From: Nitrospirota bacterium
GTDB lineage: Bacteria; Nitrospirota; UBA9217
Direction of reading: 5' to 3'
Assembly (NCBI GenBank): GCA_963845065.1
Contig: CAWJQQ010000002.1
Location: 192,001 to 256,000 of the forward strand
Length of the DNA stretch: 64,000 nucleotides
The number at the start of each line of letters is the position of its first letter. Position 1 is the stretch's first letter. The notes beneath the pieces were generated by a model, which did no database searches, was not told where the DNA came from, and worked only from the letters and a program-made list of their open reading frames with translations. The position numbers and the translations under genes were made by a program. This document shows positions 50,602 through 60,862 of this stretch, one piece after another.

Positions 50602-50875
50602 TAAATTCTGCATTGTGGAACAATGTTTCATTTAACAAAAAGCATAACGCAACCGATTCTCTTTGTAAATATTTTTTTTAAAAGATTACTCCCGCGTGTT
50701 TCTATCAGGAAGCCGGTTTAAATATATTTATTGATTGATGTTTCAGATGGATATCTAATTTCCATCGAACGGAACAGTCATAATGCCTTGATTTAGGGCA
50801 CCATCAGGCGCTTGGGGTAAGGCAAGTCTACCACCCGCTACAAGGCATGTCGAATATTCCACTATGCAGAATTTA
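50602..50875. promoter_or_regulatory. Pair of inverted operator candidates (50602-50620 and 50857-50875), probably IclR sites
   Basis: TAAATTCTGCATTGTGGAA versus the reverse-complemented TAAATTCTGCATAGTGGAA, 18/19 identical, in the divergent intergenic region. Confidence 0.7.
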
Positions 50876-50955
50876 ATTTTGATTTTTTCATTGACAGACC
50901 CAAACGTTTTCGGTAGCTTTACATAATCACTATTACGATAAAAGGGGAAGAACTC

Positions 50956-51786
50956 GTGGCTACGAAATATCAAACCGCTTCAAGCGGCGCAGATGATCTG
51001 ATCGATGATGCGACGAAGGAGAGTCGCCATTTTATAACTTCCGTGTCCCGTGCGTTCAAGGTGTTGCGCGCCTTCAGGCCAGGCGAACGCTTCCTGGCCA
51101 ATCAAGAGCTCGCCAAGCGAACCGGTCTCCCCAAATCAACGGTGTCCCGACTGACTTTTACCCTGACTGAACTCGGCTATCTCAACTATTCCAAAAACAT
51201 GGAGAAGTATTATCTCGGAACGTCAGTACTCTCCCTCTGCCATACCTTCCTTGGCAACATGGAGATCCGGCAAATAGCCCGTCCGTTGATGCAGGAGCTA
51301 GCCGACCATGCCCACGGCTCCGTGGCGTTCGGCGTCCGTGACCGCCTTGAAATGATCTATGTCGAAAACTGCCGCAGCAGCGTCACATCGTTTACTCTCA
51401 ACCTCGATGTCGGATCGCGTATCCCCCTTGCGACTACTGCCATGGGCAGAGCCTACCTATGCGGGCTACCTGAATTGGAAAGGGATCATTTCCTCGACCA
51501 GATCCGCATGAGTAGTGGCAACGACTGGCCCAGAATTAAGGCGGGAATAGAGCAGGCCATGAAAGAACACCAGAACAAAGGGTTCTGTCTTTCTATCGGC
51601 GACTGGCAGAAAGATGTCAACGCCGTTGCCGCCCCTTTCATCGCGACCGACAGCTCGGAGATACTTTCCTTCAACTGTGGTGGACCATCTTTCCAACTGC
51701 GTCGCCACATGCTTGAAGACGATATTGGCCCTCGCCTCGTCACCCTAGTGCGAAATGTCTCTGCCAAGGTGTTCAGGCATCTCTAA
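50956..51786 (+). CDS. IclR-family transcriptional regulator
   Basis: ELAKRTGLPKSTVSRLT.TL..LGYL and GSRIPL..TAMGRA motifs. Confidence 0.95.
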   Translation: MATKYQTASSGADDLIDDATKESRHFITSVSRAFKVLRAFRPGERFLANQELAKRTGLPKSTVSRLTFTLTELGYLNYSKNMEKYYLGTSVLSLCHTFLGNMEIRQIARPLMQELADHAHGSVAFGVRDRLEMIYVENCRSSVTSFTLNLDVGSRIPLATTAMGRAYLCGLPELERDHFLDQIRMSSGNDWPRIKAGIEQAMKEHQNKGFCLSIGDWQKDVNAVAAPFIATDSSEILSFNCGGPSFQLRRHMLEDDIGPRLVTLVRNVSAKVFRHL

Positions 51787-51816
51787 TTATTTGCATAGAC
51801 AAGAAAGGAATCTCCC

Positions 51817-52971
51817 ATGATCAGGGACCAAGAAACACTCAATGTACTGGTCGAAACAGTTTCCCGCTATGTAAAAGAGCGCTTGATGCCACATGAGGAT
51901 GTTGTAGCCGACACTGATCAAATCCCCGCCGGCCTGGTTCAAGAGATGAAGGATTTGGGACTGTTCGGTCTTTCCATTCCTGAAGAATACGGCGGCCTGG
52001 GGTTGACCATGGAAGAAGAAGTTATTATTGTCTTCGAGCTGGGGAAGACTTCGCCGGCTTTCCGCTCCATGATCGGTACTAATAACGGGATCGGCTCGCA
52101 AGGCATCGTGATCGATGGCACCGAGGAGCAGAAGCGTTATTACCTGCCCCGGCTAGCTTCCGGTGAAATTATCGGTTCGTTTGCGCTTACCGAACCGGAC
52201 GCTGGCTCGGATGCTGCGTCATTGCGCACCTCCGCCAGACGAGATGGCGACTTTTACAAAGTCAACGGAACAAAGAGATTTATCACCAATGCCCCCGAAG
52301 CCCAGATATTCACGGTCATGGCGCGTACCGACCCGACCAACAAAGGTCCTGCTGGCATTTCCGCATTCATAGTGGAAGCCGGTACGCCCGGCCTGTCTCT
52401 AGGAAAAATCGACAAAAAAATGGGGCAGAAGGGGTCTCACACCTGTGATGTGATTCTTGATGATTGCCGGGTGCCTGCTACCAATCTGATAGGCCACAAA
52501 GAAGGAATTGGCTTTAAAACCGCCATGAAGGTGATTGACAAGGGTCGCCTCCATATTGCCGCCGTCTGTGTTGCATCAGCCGAACGCATGCTCAATGATG
52601 CGCTCACCTACGCCATGGTCCGCAAACAGTTCGGCAAGGCGATTGCCGAATTCCAGCTGATCCAGGCCATGCTTGCCGACAGCAAAGCGGAAATATATGC
52701 AGCCCGATGCATGGTGCTGGATGCCGCCCGCCGCCGAGACCAAGGAAAGGACGTAGGCACAGAAGCATCCTGCTGCAAGATGTTCTCATCGGAGATGTGC
52801 GGCCGGGTTGCCGATCGGGCCGTGCAGATTCATGGCGGCTCAGGGTATGTCAGTGACTACTCCATCGAGCGGTTCTACCGCGATGTCCGTTTGTTCAGAA
52901 TTTACGAAGGGACCACCCAGATCCAGCAGCTGGTGATTGCCCGCAACATGATCCGTGCAGCACAAGGTTAA
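51817..52971 (+). CDS. Acyl-CoA dehydrogenase (DcaA-like)
   Basis: GTNNGIG, FALTEPDAGSDA, KMGQKG and RIYEGTTQIQ motifs. Confidence 0.95.
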   Translation: MIRDQETLNVLVETVSRYVKERLMPHEDVVADTDQIPAGLVQEMKDLGLFGLSIPEEYGGLGLTMEEEVIIVFELGKTSPAFRSMIGTNNGIGSQGIVIDGTEEQKRYYLPRLASGEIIGSFALTEPDAGSDAASLRTSARRDGDFYKVNGTKRFITNAPEAQIFTVMARTDPTNKGPAGISAFIVEAGTPGLSLGKIDKKMGQKGSHTCDVILDDCRVPATNLIGHKEGIGFKTAMKVIDKGRLHIAAVCVASAERMLNDALTYAMVRKQFGKAIAEFQLIQAMLADSKAEIYAARCMVLDAARRRDQGKDVGTEASCCKMFSSEMCGRVADRAVQIHGGSGYVSDYSIERFYRDVRLFRIYEGTTQIQQLVIARNMIRAAQG

Positions 52972-53044
52972 GAATCATCACGGGAAAAACGAAATATAGT
53001 AATAGTAACCCGCACCCCCTATGTGGACACTCACATATGGTGAC

Positions 53045-53755
53045 CTACTCTCTCTCCTCCGTTGACACTTCTTGCGCGCTTTGTCCCGTGATCTCTTTTA
53101 TCTTCGCCAGCCGTTTACGCCGTTCATCCCGGGAAACGTACCAATCCTGGATGAGCGATTCAATCAGTCCGATCAACGACTCTGCCTCTCCGGGCTCGGT
53201 GTCAAGAATTTCGGCTCCTTCACTGTCCATCCTTGCGCCGATCATTCCATTCTTCCTGACTGACTCAATGGCCTCCCACGTGAGAGGATCTACCGTGCCT
53301 CTGATCTGACGGAACTCGTCTCCGAGCCTTCCGGGCTGAACTCGCCAGAAGTCCCGCAGCATTTCTGAGAGACAACGGCGCGAAAGGGCCGAAGCCACCT
53401 TCGGGCTGAACTCAATAGCGAGGCAGGCCTCCTGGTAGTCTTGAAGGACCGGGTGAGGAATGTCGATGGGGAAGAAGCGGGCGCGAGAGGATGGGACGAG
53501 AGACCAGGTCTTTATATGCTTTCCTGTATAGGAACGGTTTCCGGAGACTTCCAGGTTGTGCAGGGAAGCACTGAGGGAAAATTTGTTGCATTCTGGATTC
53601 GGGCAGACAACAAACTTTGCTACGAGCCGGCGTGGGCCATCTTGGTTTGCGATAGTAAGGTCCGCGAAAGTTATTTGTCGACCCTGGTCGGTGACGGTCT
53701 GATCCCTGTTACAAAACGGGCAATGCCAGAGATATTCGCTCACGCTAACCTCCAT
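53045..53755 (-). CDS. DUF4145-like protein with N-terminal Cys motifs
   Basis: CPFC and CPNPEC; DYQEA...SPK.S.AL.RR.L pattern. Confidence 0.7.
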   Translation of the reverse strand: MEVSVSEYLWHCPFCNRDQTVTDQGRQITFADLTIANQDGPRRLVAKFVVCPNPECNKFSLSASLHNLEVSGNRSYTGKHIKTWSLVPSSRARFFPIDIPHPVLQDYQEACLAIEFSPKVASALSRRCLSEMLRDFWRVQPGRLGDEFRQIRGTVDPLTWEAIESVRKNGMIGARMDSEGAEILDTEPGEAESLIGLIESLIQDWYVSRDERRKRLAKIKEITGQSAQEVSTEERE

Positions 53756-53770
53756 GAACGGCGGCTGTTT

Positions 53771-54850
53771 TCAGATGATGAGTTCTTGAAGCTGCCGCTC
53801 ATCCCATGCCTTTGTGATAACTACTTCGCCGATACTCTTGGGCAGGACGAACTTCACCTTGCCGCCTTCCGCCTTTTTGTCAATCTGAATTGTGCTCATC
53901 AGCTCGGCAGCAGCAGGCTTACGAGTAAGGTCGCTAAGACTAGTCGGCAACCCATATGCTGCGATGAGTCTCATTACACGGTCAGGCACCGATAAATCAC
54001 ACAAGCCTGTATTCTGTGCCAGGCGTGCGGCATAGACCATTCCGATCGCTACGGCATAGCCGTGACGTATGGTGTAGTTTTCAGCTGTCTCGATGGCATG
54101 ACCGATTGTGTGACCAAAGTTCAAGATTGCGCGGAGACCGCCTTCACGTTCGTCCTTACTCACTACGTCTGCTTTGATCTCGCAGGAACGGCGAATTACG
54201 TGGTTAACTGCATCGGGATCGAGCGATAGGATCCTATCGCGGTTGTTATCGAGATACTCAAAGAACGACCGGTCCCAGATCACGCCGTACTTGATCACCT
54301 CTGCCATGCCAGAGAGCAGTTCTTCTTTCGACAGGGACTTGAGCACGTTCTGGTCCATAAGGACTTTTTTCGGCTGATAGAAAACACCGATCATGTTCTT
54401 GCCCATGGGATGATTCACGCCGGTCTTGCCGCCAACACTGCTGTCTACCATCGCGAGGAGCGTGGTAGGCACTTGAATGAACGGTACGCCGCGCATGAAC
54501 GTAGCTGCAGCAAAACCGGTAAGGTCCCCGATCACGCCGCCGCCAAACGCTATAAGCGCAGACTTCCGGTCGAATCCATTGATGAGAAGCGCCGTATAGA
54601 TCGAGTTAGCCCAATCGAGGTTTTTATACTGTTCGCCGTCAGGGATCTCTATAGACATTACGGTAAAGTCAGCTTCTTTGAGGCTGTCCACTAGCTTTTG
54701 GCCATAGAGTTTCCTGATCGTTGGGTTCGTGATCAGGGCAATCTTTTTACCGAGTCCGAGATCTCGGAGCCGTGCGCCGGCCTCACCCAGGCCCGACCCG
54801 ATCTCGATATCATAGCTCCGATCGCCTAGACTCACCTTAACAACATGCAT
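53771..54850 (-). CDS. aroB: 3-dehydroquinate synthase
   Basis: GGGVIGD, PTTLLAMVDSSVGGK and LNFGHTIGHA motifs. Confidence 0.97.
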   Translation of the reverse strand: MHVVKVSLGDRSYDIEIGSGLGEAGARLRDLGLGKKIALITNPTIRKLYGQKLVDSLKEADFTVMSIEIPDGEQYKNLDWANSIYTALLINGFDRKSALIAFGGGVIGDLTGFAAATFMRGVPFIQVPTTLLAMVDSSVGGKTGVNHPMGKNMIGVFYQPKKVLMDQNVLKSLSKEELLSGMAEVIKYGVIWDRSFFEYLDNNRDRILSLDPDAVNHVIRRSCEIKADVVSKDEREGGLRAILNFGHTIGHAIETAENYTIRHGYAVAIGMVYAARLAQNTGLCDLSVPDRVMRLIAAYGLPTSLSDLTRKPAAAELMSTIQIDKKAEGGKVKFVLPKSIGEVVITKAWDERQLQELII

Positions 54851-55352
54851 GCTTGATTCTTTCTTTAATCGATTGAATGATATCCTCCACGGATTTTTCA
54901 GAGGTGTCTATGGTAACGTCCGCCTGGGCATAGAACTGTGCGCGGCTTTCGAGCAGCTCGCGTATTTTCGCCAGAGGATCCGCAGTCTGGAGCAGCGGCC
55001 GATGGGTCTCATGCTTGATGCGCTCGTAGATCACTTCGGGCGACGCTGTAAGGCAAACAACGAGGCCGGCCTTTTTGAAAGCTTCGCGATTCCTGTCCCC
55101 GATAACGGCGCCTCCTCCAGTGGAGACAACCTGACCTTCACGCTTTGTTACTTCGTGAATAATCTTTGCTTCGACCTCACGAAAATATGGTTCGCCGAAC
55201 TTGGCGAAGATAGAGGCGATAGCCAATTGTTGATCGGCCTCGATCAGACTGTCGGTATCGATAAACAGGTAGCCCAAGTCTTTTGCCAACTGAGTGCCTA
55301 CCTGGGTCTTGCCTACGCCCATGAAGCCGGTCAGGATAATATTCTTAAACAT
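54837..55352 (-). CDS. aroK: Shikimate kinase
   Basis: GFMGVGKT, GEPYFR..E, STGGG and RPLL motifs. Confidence 0.96.
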   Translation of the reverse strand: MFKNIILTGFMGVGKTQVGTQLAKDLGYLFIDTDSLIEADQQLAIASIFAKFGEPYFREVEAKIIHEVTKREGQVVSTGGGAVIGDRNREAFKKAGLVVCLTASPEVIYERIKHETHRPLLQTADPLAKIRELLESRAQFYAQADVTIDTSEKSVEDIIQSIKERIKHACC

Positions 55353-55383
55353 GGTTATTGGCTTTTGACTATTTGCATGAGTC

Positions 55384-56574
55384 TTACTTTTTTTCTGACG
55401 TTTCTTCCGCGCCTATCCGCGCCTTTAGATGCTTGTCATACTGGGAGAAATTCCGTTTCATTTCGTCGATGCTGTCGCCTCCGAATTTTTCCACCAGTGC
55501 CGCCGCGATTTCAAAAGCCACGGCGGCCTCTGCCACCACTCCGGCCGCCGGTACAGCGCTAACGTCGGACCGCTCCACGCCGGCCTTAAAGGGCCTCTTG
55601 CTGGCAAGATCTACGGAGCGCAGCGGTTTCATAAGCGTTGGGATGGGCTTCATGGCAGCGCGTAACACGATGGGCTCGCCGTTGCTGATCCCGCCTTCGA
55701 TGCCGCCTGCCATGTTGGTCTTGCGGTAGAATCCTTCTTTCCTGCTCCAGAAGATCTCATCGTGCACCTGAGAACCCGGTCTATTTGCCACACCGAAGCC
55801 AGCACCAACCTCGACGCCTTTGATTGCCTGGACGCTCATCAGTGCATTGGAGAGTCTCGCATCAAGCTTTCGGTCCCAGTGAGCGTGGCTCCCGAGGCCC
55901 ACAGGAACTCCTTTAATGATAACCTCAAAAATGCCACCCAGCGTGTCGCCGGCAACCTTGGCCTCATCTATCTTCCGTATCATTCGCTTTACCGCATCAG
56001 GGTCTGCACAGCGAAGCTCCGATACCTCAGCTCGTTTTTTGAGTTCAGGAACAGAGATCTTAGGTACTTTAGCGTACACTCCGCCAATGGAGAGCACGTG
56101 GCTCACGACTTCGATGCCGAATTCTTCGAGCAGCCGCTTTGCCACTGAACCCACAGCGACGCGCATAGCAGTTTCCCGGGCACTCGATCGCTCGAGGATG
56201 TTTCTAATATCGGTCATGCTGTACTTGAGGGCCCCTGCAAGGTCGGCATGTCCTGGACGGGGCCTTGTCAGGGGATCTGCGCAGTTCAAAAACATGGGGT
56301 CCACCGACATTTTGTCACGCCAATTTTCCCAGTCCTTGTTTCGAATCATGAGTCCGATGGGGCTGCCAAGCGTCCTGCCCCAGCGTACTCCGGAATAAAT
56401 CTTCACTTGATCTTTTTCGATCTTCATCCGGTTGCCGCGACCATACCCTACCTGCCTTCGGGACAAATCACGGTCAATATCCGTTACCCGGATCAACAGA
56501 CCGGCAGGCATTCCCTCGATGATACCCATCTGCAGTTCTCCATGAGATTCACCGGCAGTTAAGAATCGCAACAT
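55384..56574 (-). CDS. aroC: Chorismate synthase
   Basis: [21 protein letters not shown] and MKPIPTL motifs. Confidence 0.97.
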   Translation of the reverse strand: MLRFLTAGESHGELQMGIIEGMPAGLLIRVTDIDRDLSRRQVGYGRGNRMKIEKDQVKIYSGVRWGRTLGSPIGLMIRNKDWENWRDKMSVDPMFLNCADPLTRPRPGHADLAGALKYSMTDIRNILERSSARETAMRVAVGSVAKRLLEEFGIEVVSHVLSIGGVYAKVPKISVPELKKRAEVSELRCADPDAVKRMIRKIDEAKVAGDTLGGIFEVIIKGVPVGLGSHAHWDRKLDARLSNALMSVQAIKGVEVGAGFGVANRPGSQVHDEIFWSRKEGFYRKTNMAGGIEGGISNGEPIVLRAAMKPIPTLMKPLRSVDLASKRPFKAGVERSDVSAVPAAGVVAEAAVAFEIAAALVEKFGGDSIDEMKRNFSQYDKHLKARIGAEETSEKK

Positions 56575-56894
56575 ATTTACCCTCCCACACTGCAATCAGT
56601 CGGCGTACAATTTCTATACAAATAAATCGGGGTTTTGAGAGAAAAATACCTGTAAAATCGGGATTATCATAGCAAATTTGTCATGGAAGTGCAATGAAAA
56701 GTATGGTATAAGTATGGGTATTTTAAGGGTATAAAATGATTATTAACCTCAGCTGCTTAGCGGGAATTCGTGGTCCGTGTTAAAAAATAACATTTTTTCA
56801 ATAGGTTACATCAATAACAGCATTTTTTTAAGCCCGCGTATATGAGACCCCGCATTTTAACCATGCTGCAGTCTAGGAGATTTAATAACGTGCC

Positions 56895-57623
56895 ATGATC
56901 GCTCTTCTCTGCTCTGTCAAAGTTGAAGCAGAACAACTCCTGGCTTCGACCACAGTGACCAAGACCACTACGATCGGATCCAAGTCGATTATCGAAGGAA
57001 CTCTGGTTGGCCGTCGTGTCCTGCTCTGCATCGGGGGCATGGGCAAGGTCAATGCAGCTCATGCGGCAACAATTCTTTCAGGTTATAATCCGGCTGCAAT
57101 CGTCATTTTTGGAATAGGCGGAGCCTATCCTTCATCAAGTGCTAAAATCGGAAATGTGGCGATCGCAAAAGAGGAGATTGCTGGTGACGAAGGGGTGTTG
57201 ATGCTTGATGGTTTTAAAGACACGAAATACATCGGCATACCGCTGATCAAAACTTCGACATCGGTGATTTATAATACCTACCCGGCACGGGAATCTTTGG
57301 TCAAGCACGCTCTCCAAGCACTCGTTATAAATCTGCCAGGTTACAGAAACAAAGTGCATCTTGGGACATTCGTGACGCTATCGACCTGTACTGGGACCGC
57401 GGCGCGGGCAAGAGAGCTGGAAGAGCGTTATCACGGCCTATGTGAAAACATGGAGGGAGCTGCCGCTGCGCAAGTGGCTGAATTGCACAACATTCCCTGG
57501 GTCGAAGTGCGAGGGATTTCCAATATCGTGGAAGACCGTGATCTGCAAAAATGGGACATCCCCTCTGCAGCGCGTATGGCACAACAAGCGGTCCTGCACA
57601 TTTTAGGAGCGTGGAAACAATGA
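56895..57623 (+). CDS. mqnB: Futalosine hydrolase
   Basis: PNP/MTAN fold (GMGKVNAA, GIGGAY, TCTGT, ENMEGAA, RGISN); overlaps mqnD. Confidence 0.88.
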   Translation: MIALLCSVKVEAEQLLASTTVTKTTTIGSKSIIEGTLVGRRVLLCIGGMGKVNAAHAATILSGYNPAAIVIFGIGGAYPSSSAKIGNVAIAKEEIAGDEGVLMLDGFKDTKYIGIPLIKTSTSVIYNTYPARESLVKHALQALVINLPGYRNKVHLGTFVTLSTCTGTAARARELEERYHGLCENMEGAAAAQVAELHNIPWVEVRGISNIVEDRDLQKWDIPSAARMAQQAVLHILGAWKQ

Positions 57624-58459
57624 CACAAACGCTCACCATCGGCTATTCACCCTGTCCGAATGATACATTCATCTTCTATGCGCTTATTCACGGAAAGGTA
57701 AAAATTCCAGGCATTTCGTTTCGCGAGCAGCTGGAGGACGTCGAGACCCTGAACCGAATGGCGCTCGAAGGCAAGCTCGACTTCACAAAAATCTCTTACC
57801 ACGCATTAGGCCATCTCAGAAATCAGTATGCACTGCTCCGCTCCGGCAGTGCACTGGGACGCGGGTGCGGTCCGCTCATCGTGGCACGTCCCGGCACCAA
57901 TGTCGCTGATCTGAGCACAGCCCGCATAGCGATACCCGGAACTCTCACCACAGCCTATCTTCTGCTTCGTCTGTTCAATCCCGCATTGACAAATATAGCC
58001 GTCATGACCTTTGACCGGATCATGGATGCTGTATCGAAGGGAGATGTTACAGCTGGTCTCATCATCCATGAGAGCAGATTCACCTATCCGCTTTACGGCC
58101 TCGTGAAACTCCAGGACCTCGGTGAGTGGTGGGAGAACTATTCCGGCCTCCCAATTCCGCTAGGCGGCATCCTCGGCAAACGCTCCCTTGGCCGTGATAT
58201 CCTGCTAAGTGTGGAGTCAGGCATTCGGGAAAGCCTTCACTACGCCAATGGTCACCCCGATGAAGTCTTGAACTACTGCAGGCTGCACAGCCAGGAAATG
58301 GACGTACAGGTTATGAAAAACCACATCGATCTTTACGTAAATGATTTTTCACTTGATCTAGGGCCAGCAGGCCTGACAGCCGTCCGCAGGCTCTTTGCCG
58401 AGGCAGAGTCGCACGGAATCTTCCCTCATTCCGAAACATCGCTCTTGGCAGAGGAGTGA
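57620..58459 (+). CDS. mqnD: 1,4-dihydroxy-6-naphthoate synthase
   Basis: SPCPNDTF, GRGCGP, IIHE.RF, DLG.WW and HIDLYVN motifs. Confidence 0.95.
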   Translation: MTQTLTIGYSPCPNDTFIFYALIHGKVKIPGISFREQLEDVETLNRMALEGKLDFTKISYHALGHLRNQYALLRSGSALGRGCGPLIVARPGTNVADLSTARIAIPGTLTTAYLLLRLFNPALTNIAVMTFDRIMDAVSKGDVTAGLIIHESRFTYPLYGLVKLQDLGEWWENYSGLPIPLGGILGKRSLGRDILLSVESGIRESLHYANGHPDEVLNYCRLHSQEMDVQVMKNHIDLYVNDFSLDLGPAGLTAVRRLFAEAESHGIFPHSETSLLAEE

Positions 58460-58529
58460 AAAATTCTGTTGACTACAAATCGCGAAAAAATGTTATATTG
58501 TCTATATCTTTTTCCAGATGGGAGGAACT

Positions 58530-59090
58530 ATGCTTGGGTGGATATTTCTTACGGTAATCGGATTGATCCTGGTATGGCTCGTTCTGATCTATAATGGACT
58601 TGTTTCTGTCCGAAATGACATGCAAAACGCGTGGAAGCAAATCGATGTGCAGCTGAAGCGCAGGCACGACCTCATCCCGAATCTTGTCCAGACCATCAAA
58701 GGAGCGATGGAATTCGAACAGGACACGCTCGAGAAAGTTATCTCTGCTCGCACACACGCCGTGTCGGCGACAACGCCGGCATCAAAAGCCGTGGCCGAGA
58801 ATATGCTCACCCAAACCATCGGAAAACTGTTCGCGGTCATGGAAAACTACCCCGCGCTCAAGAGCAATCAGAACGTCATTCAGCTCCAGGAGGAGCTCAC
58901 CTCTACGGAAGATAAGATCGCGTTTGCCCGCCAGCTCTACAACGATCTGGTGGCGAACTTCCGAACGAAGCTCCAGATCTTCCCGAACAACCTCGTTTCG
59001 TCAATGTTTAACTTCCAGTCCGGAGAGTATTTCGGCGCTGACGAGGCTGACCGGGCTGTCCCTGCAGTGAATCTCAGCCTTAGAAAGTAA
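58530..59090 (+). CDS. lemA: LemA family protein
   Basis: IDVQLKRR.DLIPNL, ENYP.LK and E.KIAFARQ.YN motifs. Confidence 0.95.
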   Translation: MLGWIFLTVIGLILVWLVLIYNGLVSVRNDMQNAWKQIDVQLKRRHDLIPNLVQTIKGAMEFEQDTLEKVISARTHAVSATTPASKAVAENMLTQTIGKLFAVMENYPALKSNQNVIQLQEELTSTEDKIAFARQLYNDLVANFRTKLQIFPNNLVSSMFNFQSGEYFGADEADRAVPAVNLSLRK

Positions 59091-59179
59091 TTGAGAGGAT
59101 AGAGAACGGATTTAATCGCGTAGGAAAGCATCAATTCTGGTGTTTGTTGCAAGTTTCTTTCACCTGTTCCGGTTCCATT

Positions 59180-60802
59180 ATGCCCTTGACTTATATCGAC
59201 ATAGAAAAGCAAAAGAGTTGGCGGATCTGGGTATTCTTCCTAGTCCTGCTGTTTATGTACTTCTCCATAATAGCTCTTTTCGCGGCAACGTTTCTGCGGG
59301 GGCCGTGGCACGGGGTACTGCAGTTCTGGATTGTTGCAGGTCTAATTGCCCTGCTGGTTTCAAGTATCCATTTTTGGTTCTCCGCCTATGACACGGTCAG
59401 CACCGTTGTAAAGAGATTAAACGCTGATCCGCCTGATCCTCAGGACGATGTCCATAAGGTACTCTTGGACGTCATGCAGGAGATCCGTGTCGTGACCGGA
59501 AACAAGCGAAAGATGCAATGTCTTGTCATTCCGTCACTGTCTCTCAACGCTCTCGCCGCGTCTGACCTCAAGGGCAATGCAGCGGTCGCAATTACGGAAG
59601 GGCTGCTTTCACGCCTGACACGGCCCCAACTCGAGGCCGTCCTGGCCCACGAAGTACACCATATCCTATCCGGTGACTGTCTCGAAACCACTGTTGCTGC
59701 GAGCCTGTTCGGAACCTATGCTTCTATCCTGGAAAAGCTGAACACCAAGTCAAGGGATAGAGTCTCTATATCGCCAGCCTATTTCCTCGTCTGGGGATTG
59801 CTTCAACTGAGCTACCTCCTGAATATGTTCATCTCCCGAGAACGAGAATATCGCGCTGACGCAGCCTCTGTTCGGATGACCCGCAACCCCATCGCACTTG
59901 CCGAGACGCTTTACCTGCTCTCGCGCAGCTGGCGCGGGTCAGGGTTTATCGGAAGCGGCTTTGCGATGCTCTGCATCGTGAATCCACAAGGCACTGCCCT
60001 TGATGAGGCAGAAGGATTCTGGGCCGATCTTCTGTCCGCGCATCCTCCGCTCAAAAAAAGAATGGATATCCTGTTGGCCATGGCTCACACGAGCAACTCG
60101 GAGTTAAGCGCACGGTTTGACAGGTCGGCAGTAAACAATACGCAAACGGCGCCTGAAACACCGTATTATGCCATGGATCCCCAGCAGAAGTGGCAGGGTC
60201 CCTTCACCCTTACGGAACTTGGTGCACAGCCGTGGCTTTCGCCGCTTACCTGGGTAACAAAGGGGCAGCAACTTCCTGTAGACCGCGCATGGAAAGAACC
60301 GCTCATTAACGCGTTCTTTGTATTAAGGCTTTCACAACAGGACAATCAGGCGACAAACCTCTTATGCCCAGCATGCAGCCAGCCGCTCGTGACGGTACCC
60401 TATGAAGGGACTCAGATTTACCAGTGCAGGTTCTGCAGCGGCATGCTTGTTGATACGAGTAAAATACCGAGGATCCTTGCACGGACCGGGAGGGAACGGC
60501 CGCCTTCAAAGCGGATGAATTCCCTTGCAAAAGCGGCCGCAACGGAAAATCAGCTTAAGGTTGCGCATCAAAAATTGACCGCCGGAGATAATAAAGCTAT
60601 CACCTACCTGCCGTGCCCTAAATGTGCTAATCCCATGTTCCGGGGATTTTACAGCCAGGCATACTTGATCGAAATCGATCGATGCAGCTTTTGCGGATTT
60701 ACCTGGTTCGGCCAGAATGAGCTTGAGATGTTACAGTGCCTGATAGAGGGCAGGATAGTGCCGGATATATCGGATACTGCTATCGCTCCCCTATCGACTT
60801 GA
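59180..60802 (+). CDS. M48/HtpX-like zinc metalloprotease with C-terminal zinc-finger extension
   Basis: HEVHH, SREREYRAD and HPP motifs; C-terminal CPAC..CRFC and CPKC..CSFC. Confidence 0.85.
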   Translation: MPLTYIDIEKQKSWRIWVFFLVLLFMYFSIIALFAATFLRGPWHGVLQFWIVAGLIALLVSSIHFWFSAYDTVSTVVKRLNADPPDPQDDVHKVLLDVMQEIRVVTGNKRKMQCLVIPSLSLNALAASDLKGNAAVAITEGLLSRLTRPQLEAVLAHEVHHILSGDCLETTVAASLFGTYASILEKLNTKSRDRVSISPAYFLVWGLLQLSYLLNMFISREREYRADAASVRMTRNPIALAETLYLLSRSWRGSGFIGSGFAMLCIVNPQGTALDEAEGFWADLLSAHPPLKKRMDILLAMAHTSNSELSARFDRSAVNNTQTAPETPYYAMDPQQKWQGPFTLTELGAQPWLSPLTWVTKGQQLPVDRAWKEPLINAFFVLRLSQQDNQATNLLCPACSQPLVTVPYEGTQIYQCRFCSGMLVDTSKIPRILARTGRERPPSKRMNSLAKAAATENQLKVAHQKLTAGDNKAITYLPCPKCANPMFRGFYSQAYLIEIDRCSFCGFTWFGQNELEMLQCLIEGRIVPDISDTAIAPLST

Positions 60803-60862
60803 AAAAAGTCATTAGCATCAATGTGCGCGACCATAATACAATAATCTTAGGAAGTGCATTCC

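Noticed and set aside
7786..50681. Long antisense ORFs (e.g. 7786-8844, 47952-48965, 49686-50681)
   Set aside because: Shadow frames of well-supported GC-rich genes on the opposite strand.
56484..56494. Possible TnpB off-target in aroC (TTAC CCGGAT)
   Set aside because: Only 5 nt match the predicted guide after the TAM, which is expected by chance.
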